Part shown: in pieces, positions 1 to 9,841 of the stretch
Position numbering within the stretch: the first letter of the stretch is position 1
How the letters are laid out: every line of letters begins with the position of its first letter
DNA from: an uncultured virus (IMG/VR IMGVR_UViG_2751185397_000002)
Lineage: Duplodnaviria > Heunggongvirae > Uroviricota > Caudoviricetes
Reading direction: 5' to 3' (one strand)
IMG/VR virus record: IMGVR_UViG_2751185397_000002
DNA length: 64,000 nucleotides
Made by a program: the position numbers and the translations under genes
Notes under the pieces: model-generated
The model's database searches: none
What the model was told of the DNA's origin: nothing
What the model saw: only the letters and a program-made list of their open reading frames with translations

Positions 1-150
1 GGACTCTGTTTATCGGAATTTGTTCTCATTTTACACCCACAGGATGTGAGGAATCGAATTCAAGGCATTTGAGAATTATCACACGGCTGAAATCGAAAAT
101 AAGCGATGCGGGAATGACGTGAATATGGAATCTGTCACGCTAAACTAAAC

Positions 151-194
151 AAGAAAAAAGGGGCTGGCACTCACTTATGTCAGCCCCTTCTTTT
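151..194 (-). terminator. Intrinsic terminator, original host terminator downstream of tRNA-Lys
   Basis: AAGGGGCTGGCA...TGTCAGCCCCTT hairpin with A/T tracts on both sides, just beyond the duplicated tRNA 3' end. Confidence 0.7.
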
Positions 195-198
195 ATTT

Positions 199-248
199 TT
201 GGTAGGTCGTGGCAGATTCGAACTGCCGACCAACGGATTAAAAGTCCG
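199..248. repeat. Left att site (duplicated 3' half of tRNA-Lys)
   Basis: TTGGTAGGTCGTGG...TTAAAAGTCCG identical to 59756-59805. Confidence 0.97.
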
Positions 249-375
249 GCTTCCAAGCAATTTATGGACATTCATAAAAATTTACAGAAACGTTTAGAAC
301 TTGATAGTAAGCCGTTCTTCGGGTAACCTGACATTCATGCGCATGTATAAAAATTCATTAAAATGCGCGCAAATT

Positions 376-405
376 GTAACCCCAAAGTAACCCCGTCGTA
401 ACCCC
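376..405 (+). promoter_or_regulatory. Integrase arm-type sites, 3x GTAACCCC
   Basis: Copies at 376, 387, 398 (11-bp period); same octamer twice near the right att. Confidence 0.75.
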
Positions 406-408
406 AGG

Positions 409-1614
409 ATGGCTAAAAAATTTAATTTCACCAAAGCGGACATTGATTCACTTCCAATTCCGGCACCAGGAAAACGAGACACCTATCAAGATACCAAGGC
501 CAACGGCTTGCAGTTGCGTGTATCGCACACCGGCGTAAAAACATTCAGCGTGTTCAAGCGCATCAAATGCGGGGAACCGGAACGCATTACGCTTGGCCGG
601 TATCCTGACATGACAATCGATCAGGCGCGCCGCAAAACGATGGAGATAAACCTTTCCATATCGGATGGAAATAACCCGGCAGAAGTTAAGCGTAGCGCAA
701 AAGCAGAGATGCAATTCAGTGAATTGTTTTTTGAGTATATCGACCGGCACGCAAAACTGAATAAAAAGACGTGGGGTGAAGATGTTGAGAAATACCGCAA
801 TCACCTTGAGAAAAGCATCGGCAATAAAAAACTTTCATCGATCGATCGCGCATCAATATCGCTGATTCACGGCTCAATCACAAAAGACGGATCACCCATC
901 GCCGCCAACAGGGTGCTTGCTCTTATATCAAGCGTGTTTGGCTGGGCAATATCGGTTGACCTATGGGACAGGAATCCGGCCCTTGGTATCCGGAGAAATA
1001 AGGAAAAGAGCAGGGACCGGTTCATCCAGGGCGATGAACTGCCGAGATTCTTTGCTGCATTGGCCGAGGAACACAACGAAGTAATCCGCGATTACGTTCT
1101 AATATCGCTTCTGACCGGCGCGAGGCAATCGAATGTTTGCGCTATGCGCTGGCAAGACATCAATTTCGAACGGGCAGAATGGCGCATTGAGGAAACCAAG
1201 AATGGCACACCGCAAACGGTGGCTTTGTCGCCCGAGGCTATCCATGTTTTATTGAATCGCAAACCATCGAAACCGGCTGTGTTTGTTTTTCCGGGGACCG
1301 GTAAGAATGGGCACTTAGCTGAACCACGAAAAGGGTGGGCAAGGATACTCGCTCGATCTGGAATCGATAACCTAAGAATCCATGATCTTCGCCGTACACT
1401 CGGTAGCTGGCAGGCTAAAACCGGTGCGTCTCTGGCTATTATAGGGAAATCACTGAATCATAAGCACCAAAACACAACGGCTATTTATGCCCGGCTTGAT
1501 CTTGATCCGGTGCGTGAGAGCGTGAATACAGCAACAAGCGCTATGTTAACTGCTGCTGGGTTGAAGGATGCCGCCGAGGTGATAAAAATCAGGAAGAAAC
1601 AGAATAATAACTAA
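409..1614 (+). CDS. int: Tyrosine integrase with N-terminal arm-binding domain
   Basis: TGARQSN, HDLRRT, LNHK, TAIYAR catalytic motifs; N-terminal GLQLRVS...ITLGRYPDMT; adjacent to att. Confidence 0.97.
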   Translation: MAKKFNFTKADIDSLPIPAPGKRDTYQDTKANGLQLRVSHTGVKTFSVFKRIKCGEPERITLGRYPDMTIDQARRKTMEINLSISDGNNPAEVKRSAKAEMQFSELFFEYIDRHAKLNKKTWGEDVEKYRNHLEKSIGNKKLSSIDRASISLIHGSITKDGSPIAANRVLALISSVFGWAISVDLWDRNPALGIRRNKEKSRDRFIQGDELPRFFAALAEEHNEVIRDYVLISLLTGARQSNVCAMRWQDINFERAEWRIEETKNGTPQTVALSPEAIHVLLNRKPSKPAVFVFPGTGKNGHLAEPRKGWARILARSGIDNLRIHDLRRTLGSWQAKTGASLAIIGKSLNHKHQNTTAIYARLDLDPVRESVNTATSAMLTAAGLKDAAEVIKIRKKQNNN

Positions 1615-2189
1615 GCTAGTTGTGATCTGAATAGTGCGTTTATAACCATTTCCTTGTCAGCGCCATCGATATTCCAAAGTTCAGCACCAATCTTGTTATC
1701 TCGATAATGTGGCTTAAACATATGATCGATTATTATTCTTGCTTGGTAATCTGAAAACACTACTTGATCGGTACTGAGAATTTTTGGCCTGACGTTTAAT
1801 GGCATAGCATTTTGCTTTCCACCTGAAAACGTAACAAAGCACTTTGGCGGTCTTTTGGCGTATCGTTTTCTTTGGGAATTCCCTATTCTGATCTTCACAG
1901 ATTCCGGCATATCGAACTGTCCGCCACCAGGCAATATGTTGTAGCCATTCCTGACAGAATCAAATTTACCTATGTAGTAAATTTCTTTGTCGTTAAGATC
2001 ATTCGGATGACACAATTCTAAAACCTCAAAATAAAATCGTTCTTTCCCGTACTTCCTTATCGCTTTTCCGATGCGGGAATTCCCGTAACGGAGGTGATCA
2101 TTCCATCTTTTAGAAATATTCCGTGATTGACCGATATACATCTTTCCTGATTGGACATGCTTAATCATATATATGCCGCAAACTCTCAT
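1611..2189 (-). CDS. GIY-YIG endonuclease
   Basis: CGIYMI...MYIGQSRNISKRWNDH...E...GYN motifs. Confidence 0.85.
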   Translation of the reverse strand: MRVCGIYMIKHVQSGKMYIGQSRNISKRWNDHLRYGNSRIGKAIRKYGKERFYFEVLELCHPNDLNDKEIYYIGKFDSVRNGYNILPGGGQFDMPESVKIRIGNSQRKRYAKRPPKCFVTFSGGKQNAMPLNVRPKILSTDQVVFSDYQARIIIDHMFKPHYRDNKIGAELWNIDGADKEMVINALFRSQLA

Positions 2190-2194
2190 AATGA

Positions 2195-2404
2195 TTAAGC
2201 AACCCGCTGCTGATCAATATAATCAAGAATATCTTTTTCTCTGTAAAAAACCTTGCTGCCGATTTTAACGTAAGGAATGTTTTCCTTCTTGGTGCAGCGC
2301 CAATTAACCAGTGTTCCAGGCTTTACACCAACCATTTCAGCGGCTTCGTCTGTAGTTAACAGATCTGTTTTTTTAATGATCTCGCTCATTGCTGTTTCAA
2401 CCAT
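2195..2404 (-). CDS. xis: Excisionase-like HTH protein
   Basis: LLTTDEAAEMVGVKPGTLVNWR...PYVKIGSKVFY winged HTH near int. Confidence 0.8.
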   Translation of the reverse strand: MVETAMSEIIKKTDLLTTDEAAEMVGVKPGTLVNWRCTKKENIPYVKIGSKVFYREKDILDYIDQQRVA

Positions 2405-2419
2405 TATTTAATGAATACG

Positions 2420-2839
2420 TTAATTCAAAAATTTTCTATTAAAAGATAATGATCCTGGTCTTACAGCAACATTATCGCCATTGCAAAGTGAGATGTTCTC
2501 GTAAGGTGAGATGGGTACGCAGAACACTATAGCGCCTAATTTATTTCTAGATAAAATAAAATATTCAATTTTTAACGGGCTGCCAATTAATGGAGAGAAG
2601 ATTATATCCTCTATGTTTTTATATACATCCCCATAAAGCCGAAACTTTACCTGAAGTCTCTCGTATCCGCGGTAGCTGCACTCATATTTCGACCCGCACA
2701 TACCAACATATAATTTAATGTCATTATTTTCTTCATTTAATTCTTGGTCAAATAGTGAAGATAGCCATTGAATGGCATTTTTAAGCCGTAAGAATATGAT
2801 TGCTTTTTTTATTACCTCTCCGATTTCTGTTTGGTTCAT
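2420..2839 (-). CDS. Hypothetical protein
   Basis: 139-aa ORF in tightly packed leftward operon. Confidence 0.55.
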   Translation of the reverse strand: MNQTEIGEVIKKAIIFLRLKNAIQWLSSLFDQELNEENNDIKLYVGMCGSKYECSYRGYERLQVKFRLYGDVYKNIEDIIFSPLIGSPLKIEYFILSRNKLGAIVFCVPISPYENISLCNGDNVAVRPGSLSFNRKFLN

Positions 2840-2841
2840 TT

Positions 2842-3297
2842 CTAATCCCCTAATCTCATTGCTTGGTGATATAAATGGGTTGATTTGTCATATAAAGATG
2901 GAGGTTGTGTTTGTTCTATTTTAAGTGGTCCGTGTGGAGTGAAACTTGTTCTTGATGCATAATGATTTCCTTTTATCCTTAGATTCCTAATCAGTGCGTG
3001 CCGTCTTTCAAGATATTTTAGATACCTTTTTTGTGCAGCTTCGTGCTCTTGATAGCCAACTTTCCTATTGCTTACGATGCGTATCCAGCCAAGGTGAATA
3101 AAATTGTTATTTGTAACACCATACGCCACTGTATCGTTAATTTTCTGCCCACAGAAATCGCATAAATAGCCGATGAGTCTTGCATTCAAGGTTGATTCGT
3201 ACTTTGCTGTCCATGCCTTCCATCGTGGATGATGGTTTTTTGAGCAGTAATCTCGCTTTACCCTGTTCATCTTATTTATCCATAATAGTAAAACCAA
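2842..3297 (-). CDS. Hypothetical protein (CxxC)
   Basis: ORF in operon; true start may be MNRVK. Confidence 0.55.
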   Translation of the reverse strand: MVLLLWINKMNRVKRDYCSKNHHPRWKAWTAKYESTLNARLIGYLCDFCGQKINDTVAYGVTNNNFIHLGWIRIVSNRKVGYQEHEAAQKRYLKYLERRHALIRNLRIKGNHYASRTSFTPHGPLKIEQTQPPSLYDKSTHLYHQAMRLGD

Positions 3298-3694
3298 GTT
3301 CCATCATTAACTCAATTTTCTGGTAGTAAGTTCTATGGAATTCAATTCCTTCCAATTCCGCAGTACATTCACCGTGGTAATAATCCAATCTTTTAAATTT
3401 AACCAGGCCGAAATTTGGATGCTTAAATATTTGACCTGGAACTATAGTCTGTATTTCTATGGGAAATTCTAGTAAGCATGGCTTAATTTCTTCTAGTTTT
3501 ATAGGTCTTGCATGAATCCATCCCACTCCGTTCAGTGGAATATAATGATAATTTGAGTCTTTTCTGTAACATTTTATTAGATCTGTAAATTGATACTGTT
3601 TCTGATCTTCATAGTTCCACACCCAGCAAAGAATAAGTTTTCCTTTACCTAAACTATCTACCCATCTTTCAGTGGTGCTATCTAATGTGGTCAC
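3272..3694 (-). CDS. Hypothetical protein
   Basis: Start overlaps upstream stop. Confidence 0.6.
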   Translation of the reverse strand: MTTLDSTTERWVDSLGKGKLILCWVWNYEDQKQYQFTDLIKCYRKDSNYHYIPLNGVGWIHARPIKLEEIKPCLLEFPIEIQTIVPGQIFKHPNFGLVKFKRLDYYHGECTAELEGIEFHRTYYQKIELMMELGFTIMDK

Positions 3695-3924
3695 TTTTCT
3701 TGCTCCCGTTGGCTATTAACCAGCGCAATTAACTCATCGCGGAATTTAATTGCTTCCGCGTCCGCATCAAATATCACATAGGTTACAGAATCACCATATT
3801 CAATTCTCACGGCGGCTTTTGAACGACAACCTAACACCAAATCGGATGATGGCTCATAAATTACGCCAGTAACAAGGCTTATATTAATTCCGTTACCATT
3901 CGGCAGCACATGCAATTTATTCAT
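3691..3924 (-). CDS. Hypothetical protein
   Basis: Coupled start/stop overlaps. Confidence 0.6.
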   Translation of the reverse strand: MNKLHVLPNGNGINISLVTGVIYEPSSDLVLGCRSKAAVRIEYGDSVTYVIFDADAEAIKFRDELIALVNSQREQEK

Positions 3925-4199
3925 GATTTAATCCCGTGTGCGTGATGCAAGTGCTGAGACATTACGGCGAATGATTTTCCGCATATCTTGCATGGATACC
4001 GTTTCATTTTTGATTTCGGTTTTTTACTTCTTTGCTTGGCTTCTGGATTGCCATTACCTTTTAAGCAATTACTGCAAGTGACCGCGAATCCTTCGCCATT
4101 GCCGTCGCCAATAACAGCACCGCATTCTTTGCACAAAGAGCCGTCAAGCATCATTTCTGCAATTTCATCCATGTTCCACCTCCACAAACCCACAATCAT
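3921..4199 (-). CDS. Small zinc-finger protein
   Basis: CxxC...CxxC plus C-terminal CKICGKSF...HLHHAH. Confidence 0.6.
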   Translation of the reverse strand: MIVGLWRWNMDEIAEMMLDGSLCKECGAVIGDGNGEGFAVTCSNCLKGNGNPEAKQRSKKPKSKMKRYPCKICGKSFAVMSQHLHHAHGIKS

Positions 4200-4347
4200 C
4201 AGTTTTTAAATCAGCAAAATCTATCGGTGGATTGTCGCCGCACCACCACGCTTTTGCGCGAGCCAGCACGTCATCGTTGAAATTGCGAGAGCATTCACGA
4301 TTGGCGCATTGTTGGCTGCAAAATCGCCTGTCTCGGTAGCAGATCAT
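4165..4347 (-). CDS. Small Cys-rich phage protein
   Basis: MICYRDRRFCSQQCANRECSR; abuts neighbours. Confidence 0.6.
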   Translation of the reverse strand: MICYRDRRFCSQQCANRECSRNFNDDVLARAKAWWCGDNPPIDFADLKTDDCGFVEVEHG

Positions 4348-4809
4348 TTAAAACTTAACCGGCATCAAATTTTTCGGCAAATAAAGCGGGTGCCCAGGAT
4401 GCCCGTCTTTAGTCAATCTCAAGCAATGCAGACCACGGATTAATTTCTTTACTTCATCGCCACGCCCAAGGTGGGCGCCGTGAGTACCCCAGGCTGCCAC
4501 GATCACGCTGGAGCTCTGCGCCATTTGCTGAAGGTAATGATCATTTTCCCTTCCAACCGGCTCATGATGCGCTTTCATTACAGCCGGATCGGTGGCTCGA
4601 AACGCGAATATGTTGGCCATGTACATGCCGTCGTATCCCCATCCTTTTGCGTAGTTGATGCACCGCCTTACGGTAGGATCGTTTTGCACCTCGTCGGCCG
4701 TTGATGGGTTTAAGCCCACGAACATCACAACCTTGTCGCCCGGAGCCCATTCCCGGTAAAGCGTGTACCGGTAATTGCGGCAGGGTGAAAATATGGTTTC
4801 TTTGATCAT
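4348..4809 (-). CDS. DUF1643 family protein
   Basis: YRYTLYREW, GLNPSTADE..DPTVRRC, NIFAFRATDP, AAWG, HPGHPLY. Confidence 0.9.
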   Translation of the reverse strand: MIKETIFSPCRNYRYTLYREWAPGDKVVMFVGLNPSTADEVQNDPTVRRCINYAKGWGYDGMYMANIFAFRATDPAVMKAHHEPVGRENDHYLQQMAQSSSVIVAAWGTHGAHLGRGDEVKKLIRGLHCLRLTKDGHPGHPLYLPKNLMPVKF

Positions 4810-5218
4810 TGTTTAGAGATCCACGCGATGGCCTGCTCTATAGTCCAAAATATCTCGCATCTATCATGATGCAACCATATGATCCAATTGGGCGGTAAGT
4901 AGGTGGTTCAAAGAAAGGCTCTCCCGGCAGAACTACGGCTACTGGTTTTCCCATGCCTATCGCCATTCCAGCTTCGATCAATGCTCCCTTGAGCGGGAAA
5001 TCATTTTTTTCGGCGTATAGGATAAGCCCGTTGCTGCTGCGTATTTCAGATTCTATTCGATGCCACAAATCGGCGAAGTCATCAGTTTGACCTTCCTCTG
5101 CTTCGTCAATCCATGACGAAGAAATTCTTAATCCTTGAGCGCGAAGTGCGCGCCACATAGCCGGACGTTCTGGAATGCTGGCTCGTGACGCTACGTAAAT
5201 TATAGGACCGTTGTTCAT
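4806..5218 (-). pseudogene. Nucleoside 2-deoxyribosyltransferase-like protein, apparent frameshift near C-terminus
   Basis: IYVAS..., GALIEAGMAIGMGKPV motif; alternative frame after ~4878 ends in an ATGA overlap with the DUF1643 start. Confidence 0.55.
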
Positions 5219-5892
5219 ACCGCCTCCCGATCAGACTTAATCCTTTTAAACTCAACCACCCAAACAAAAGGATTCAGATCCCACGATCCTTTGCCGTTGA
5301 TTGATTCCCATAACGATCGATAGCCCCATTTGTAGCAGCCCTGATTGCTGCGCTGATCAAGCATAATTCTTCCGTGGTAATCGCAAACATAACTGCCTTC
5401 AGATTTTGCATCATCTTCACTAATATCCTGCAACCGCTCAACACGGATACCGGTTATTTCGAGCGAGATACGGCTTGCCCAGCGCGGCATATGGATTGAT
5501 GGCATGCATGCGGTACTTATGTTGTCGTCTGGGTCGACAAATTCCAGGATTCCATCTGTCGCCGGATAACTTATTTTGTATCCGTCCCCGGTTTTAAAGT
5601 TTGTTTCGGAATGATATTCAATGCCTTCGGCAAACAATGGCTGAAATGTCTCCCTCACCCAAAGCCTGTCACCTGGTTTGCCGTACGGGCAGTACATGAC
5701 GAGATCATCTATTTTTGGTAGCAACAGGCCATCAAAAGGTTTATTAAGCCAATAGCTGTCACGAATGTAACCATTCTCATCAATTACTGGCTGGTTTCTA
5801 ACGATCCGGCGAGTATGGGTTTTTCTGTCATCCAGAATAGCCAGTACCATCGGCTGAGAAAACAGAATTGAGCGTTCTTTTGGTGTGCTCAT
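5215..5892 (-). CDS. Conserved phage protein (ASCH/PUA-like)
   Basis: ILFSQPMVLAILDDRKTHTRR, PGDRLWVRETF, PSIHMPRWASRI, ERLQDISEDDA. Confidence 0.8.
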   Translation of the reverse strand: MSTPKERSILFSQPMVLAILDDRKTHTRRIVRNQPVIDENGYIRDSYWLNKPFDGLLLPKIDDLVMYCPYGKPGDRLWVRETFQPLFAEGIEYHSETNFKTGDGYKISYPATDGILEFVDPDDNISTACMPSIHMPRWASRISLEITGIRVERLQDISEDDAKSEGSYVCDYHGRIMLDQRSNQGCYKWGYRSLWESINGKGSWDLNPFVWVVEFKRIKSDREAV

Positions 5893-6095
5893 GATTCGCT
5901 CGACGCAGGTTCGATGAATTGAATATGATTGGGTGACCATGTGGTAACAGTCCCATCGTGCAATTCAAGAATTGCTACGCTGCAGCTTTGGCCACCTGTG
6001 TCGTACTCTACAAGTTCAAGGCCGAACTGATGAAAAGTAACGTTTTCATGGATTAATTCACCGGTTTTCCAGTCGCGTGCATTTACTTTTCTCAT
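5889..6095 (-). CDS. Hypothetical protein
   Basis: ATGA overlaps on both sides; FHQFG...VAILELHDGTV. Confidence 0.65.
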   Translation of the reverse strand: MRKVNARDWKTGELIHENVTFHQFGLELVEYDTGGQSCSVAILELHDGTVTTWSPNHIQFIEPASSES

Positions 6096-7831
6096 GCCGC
6101 CACCTCAGCAACATGACCGGCAATAACCCCATCCTGCAACCAATGCACCGAGAATTGCGGCGGAAGTTTTGGAGGTTGCTTCAGCGTGCCGAAGATGATC
6201 GCCGTGTCTATTTCATTTTTCTCTGCCAGCTCAATCAGCCAATTCAGGTAATTGCTGCGGCTTTGCATGTCCAGCAGGTCAAATTCGTCGACCATAAAGA
6301 ACTTGATCCCTGATACATGGCTAATTGCCTCGGCAATCATTGAATCGATCAGCAAGCGCGTAGCTTTTGAACTCAGCGAGTACAGCTTGCAATCATCCTC
6401 CAAAATCGTCATATCAGGAGTGATGAAAACATCACCGTAAAATCCGAGTCTTTTTACGCTTTCTGTAATCCTTTTGTTTATTGGATCAAGTGATGCACTA
6501 AGCATTTCACTTGGGATCCCATTCGGCGCCAGTGCTGAGGCTATTTTGTCCCATTCCTGCAAGCTGACATGGTGCTCTGCCGCTTTTTTTGTTTTTGCTT
6601 CAGCTTCGCTGGCCAGTCTCACATTTCTTTCTATTTCATCCAGCTTTGTTTTAGCATCTTTGCGCGATGTTTTCATTACTTCTATATTGGCTTTAAGCGC
6701 TACCAATGCCTGTTCATCTGGAGCGGATTTGTTCTCGGCTTCCATTACCGCAATTCTTTCACCGGCTGCAGTCGCGGTTACAAGATCGCGCTCACCGCTT
6801 GCCACAGATTTTTTGAGCAATTCGAGAGTTGCTTCATACGTTTTCAAGTTCATGGCAGCATCTTCATCACCATGCAAATCGCCGCCGCGCTCGATCAGTT
6901 TTTCACCATCAAATACGAGCTCAGTTCCGCAAGATGGGCATGAGCAAGAAATTGCACCTGGTTTTGATCCATTGGCTATCAAGCGCGTGTCATCAACTTT
7001 GACCATCCACATAGCCACTTCCTGCCGGTCTTTGTCCAGCTTGGTTCTGATCCGGTCAAATTTTTCGTGCTCGGTACGCAGTCTTACAATTTCAGCGTTG
7101 CGGGCTGCCGCACCGTTGAATTGTGCTTGCAGTTTCCCCAGCTCTTGATTTGCAGCGTCCAGTTCAGCGTCTATTTTTAACAAGTAATCGGAGACTTCTT
7201 CTTTCGAGACATTATCAATAGCTGGTGGCTGCGGTGCTTTCCATCCTTCCGCCTTTTTGTCGCCGTAAATCTCCCCGGTGACAGCTTTCCAATTAGCGCG
7301 CGCTTGCTTTACGTTTTCTTCCGCATGCTTTGCCGCGCTGTCGAAGCTTGATTTCAGGAATGGCAACACCTGATCAACCTTGGCCGGATCGCAACCGCGA
7401 TCAAGAAGCTTTTGCTTTACTTCCGATCCGTCGCTGCGCAGGTTTCCTAGATCGAACAGAAGACTGCGCCGCTCATCCGGTGTGATGCTGCCGAACAGCG
7501 ACGGATTAAGCACGTATGGCAAGGCGGAATGCAGCGGTGTTTTTAGCTCATGAACGCCGTTGTGCAGATTGATGCAAGCGGTTTTGTCGTCGTCGAAATT
7601 TACCAGTGTGTAGCCGATCAAATTATTGTCATGCTTATTGATCAGCAGCGGCCAGTCTTTCTTGAGCGATACCGTATCCGTTTTGCCGGTAAGAGCGTGG
7701 ATAATGCCGTTTCTTAGGCTGGTTTTCCCGGCCCGGTTGCTGCCGCAGATCAGTGCGATCGGTGCGCGTAGGTTAATCTCAGCATTGCGCACTGCCACAT
7801 TTCCGAATGATGATATTTTGTTGATTTTCAT
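6092..7831 (-). CDS. SbcC/Rad50-like coiled-coil ATPase
   Basis: Walker A GSNRAGKTS, coiled coil with CPSCG hook, Walker B FMVDEFDLLD. Confidence 0.85.
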   Translation of the reverse strand: MKINKISSFGNVAVRNAEINLRAPIALICGSNRAGKTSLRNGIIHALTGKTDTVSLKKDWPLLINKHDNNLIGYTLVNFDDDKTACINLHNGVHELKTPLHSALPYVLNPSLFGSITPDERRSLLFDLGNLRSDGSEVKQKLLDRGCDPAKVDQVLPFLKSSFDSAAKHAEENVKQARANWKAVTGEIYGDKKAEGWKAPQPPAIDNVSKEEVSDYLLKIDAELDAANQELGKLQAQFNGAAARNAEIVRLRTEHEKFDRIRTKLDKDRQEVAMWMVKVDDTRLIANGSKPGAISCSCPSCGTELVFDGEKLIERGGDLHGDEDAAMNLKTYEATLELLKKSVASGERDLVTATAAGERIAVMEAENKSAPDEQALVALKANIEVMKTSRKDAKTKLDEIERNVRLASEAEAKTKKAAEHHVSLQEWDKIASALAPNGIPSEMLSASLDPINKRITESVKRLGFYGDVFITPDMTILEDDCKLYSLSSKATRLLIDSMIAEAISHVSGIKFFMVDEFDLLDMQSRSNYLNWLIELAEKNEIDTAIIFGTLKQPPKLPPQFSVHWLQDGVIAGHVAEVAA

Positions 7832-7833
7832 GA

Positions 7834-8877
7834 TTAAGCAACCTCTTCCTGTGTGGCTTGGTTTTCTTCATGCCACGTATCAAAGCCGCGCACCCATTCA
7901 GCAACCAATTCCGAGCGGATGATAGGGCAATCACTTTTCTGCTTGCCTTGCGCCGCTGCTAAGTAACCATCTTCATACGATTGCTGCATTTCCTCTTCGG
8001 TTGTTTCTGCTTCTTGGAATTGATCAACTTCACCCAAAACATCCAAAAGCGATGTGATTATTTCCATGCATTGAGCCGAATGCATCGCAAATAACGAATC
8101 AAAATAATCATCTTCATTTTCATAATCTGATCTTTCGATTTTTACGTCATCAATATTGATTTTGCTGATGATAAGGTTCTCATCAATTTCAAAAGAAACG
8201 CATTTCCTCATTATTTCAAGTTCTATTCTTTTTGGAGTTTTCCCTTGGAATAAATGATTTTTTATTTCTTCAGTCACAATATCTTCATTTTTATAGCTAA
8301 TCTGCTTTTTGTTCTCATCATCTTGCAACACAAGATTGCTTCCGATTCTGAGTATTGATCCTGCCATCGCATGATCATCTAAGATAATCTTGCGCATAAA
8401 ACCAATCACACTATTACTAACTTCGATTGGTTTGCCGTGATATTCAATATCCCTTACCAAACGTTTAATTACATCGTCAACCAAACCTTTGCTAGTTGAT
8501 TCAACGCATAACGTTTTGTGCTTTTCGTTTATCCATACATTTATCAACTTACTCGTCACAAATGCTTGTTCATGCAGTTTGATGAGAATTGCTTCTTTTA
8601 CGTCTTGCGCTTGCTTCTTACCTGGCTTGAAACCTTGTTCTTTTTTTAATTCTGCTAATCTTTTCTTGACTTCATCAGCTACTACCTGAGCCGGTATCAG
8701 CTTTTTCTGTAGCTCACACGTCAAAATAATGTTTTCTCCAATTCTGATGTATGGCAAACCATCACGTAAAACTTTCCACGAATAACCAAGCTTTCCTGGT
8801 ATCGATAAATTTTTATCGAGCAAGCTAAAATCTGGTATCCAACTTGGATGATTGCTAAATATCGTTAAATTTTTCAT
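7834..8877 (-). CDS. rdgC: RdgC-like protein with C-terminal Rmf/CrpP-like domain
   Basis: MKNLTIF, QKKLIPAQVV, EAILIKLHEQAF; C-term YEDGYLAAAQG...CP...WVRGF. Confidence 0.75.
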   Translation of the reverse strand: MKNLTIFSNHPSWIPDFSLLDKNLSIPGKLGYSWKVLRDGLPYIRIGENIILTCELQKKLIPAQVVADEVKKRLAELKKEQGFKPGKKQAQDVKEAILIKLHEQAFVTSKLINVWINEKHKTLCVESTSKGLVDDVIKRLVRDIEYHGKPIEVSNSVIGFMRKIILDDHAMAGSILRIGSNLVLQDDENKKQISYKNEDIVTEEIKNHLFQGKTPKRIELEIMRKCVSFEIDENLIISKINIDDVKIERSDYENEDDYFDSLFAMHSAQCMEIITSLLDVLGEVDQFQEAETTEEEMQQSYEDGYLAAAQGKQKSDCPIIRSELVAEWVRGFDTWHEENQATQEEVA

Positions 8878-8910
8878 GATTCTTTGTCCTTGTTAAGTTG
8901 TAATCTATCG

Positions 8911-9111
8911 TTACTGATCACCGGCAATGCGGTTTATGTGCTCAAGCTGCAAGTCCGATAAATACATCCGCCGCCCAAACTGCGAGAATTTGTCTATTTG
9001 CTGTGCAATGAAATTTTCCTCCCAATCGTTTGCTGCATTATTTTTTGCGGTATCTAGTAATTCCTGAAATTCCGCCTCATCATCAAACAGGTCTTGTACT
9101 TGCTGGCTCAT
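8911..9111 (-). CDS. Hypothetical protein
   Basis: 66-aa ORF with GGAG upstream. Confidence 0.6.
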   Translation of the reverse strand: MSQQVQDLFDDEAEFQELLDTAKNNAANDWEENFIAQQIDKFSQFGRRMYLSDLQLEHINRIAGDQ

Positions 9112-9835
9112 TTTTTAGCTCCAGGAATTCTCTTATCAATGACTCAGCATATACATTGCTTAGCGGAATAAGCTGGCAAAGCTCGAGAGCGTTTTTCGCT
9201 GATTCGTTTTCGAGCAATCTGAACGCTTTTCTGCGATACCTGATCACATCGTTAACGTATTTCCTTGATGTGCCCAACTGATTGCAAATGTCAGTTATAT
9301 TGCGGCCATCTTTAAGCATTTGAGTTATTTTAGGCATTTTTTGCCGGTCTTTTCTGATGCTGTTTGCATGATTTCTTTTCTTGATTCGTCCAAATTTAAC
9401 AAGGGTTGCGTAAGTGGTGCATCGCGCGAATCCGTGAACATGCATAATGTCGATTTCTGAAACTCCGCTATCAAATAGCCTCAATATTTCTTTTGCTTTT
9501 TTCCCAGACGGAAGTGAATTTTTGTCAAAATTGCGCGTTTCTTCCAGTTTTTTAATTACCTTTGCAAGATGCAATCCGAATGCTTTTATTTCCATTGGCT
9601 TGCCGTCTTTAACCGGAATTTTCCCTTCTTTCAAAAGCTCTTTGTAAATAATTCCGCGCCCGACAATTCCGCTCTCTATCTTTGCCTGAATATCTTTTCT
9701 TAAATCCCGTGTTGGCTTCAGTCGATCTTCTATGATGCAGTTACCTTTGCGCGAGACTGATTTTACATCAGGAGAAAATCCAGGTGGGCATATTCCGAAC
9801 CATTGAAGCAGTTTGTTTTGTTGTTGCATGCTCAC
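9083..9835 (-). CDS. Basic multi-HTH DNA-binding protein
   Basis: Two HTH-like segments (SEIDIMHVHGFARCT; NITDICNQLGTSRKYV). Confidence 0.55.
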   Translation of the reverse strand: MSMQQQNKLLQWFGICPPGFSPDVKSVSRKGNCIIEDRLKPTRDLRKDIQAKIESGIVGRGIIYKELLKEGKIPVKDGKPMEIKAFGLHLAKVIKKLEETRNFDKNSLPSGKKAKEILRLFDSGVSEIDIMHVHGFARCTTYATLVKFGRIKKRNHANSIRKDRQKMPKITQMLKDGRNITDICNQLGTSRKYVNDVIRYRRKAFRLLENESAKNALELCQLIPLSNVYAESLIREFLELKNEPASTRPV

Positions 9836-9841
9836 GGTAGA

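Noticed and set aside
199..248. Second tRNA-Lys gene
   Set aside because: Only the 3' 49 nt are present; it is the att duplication
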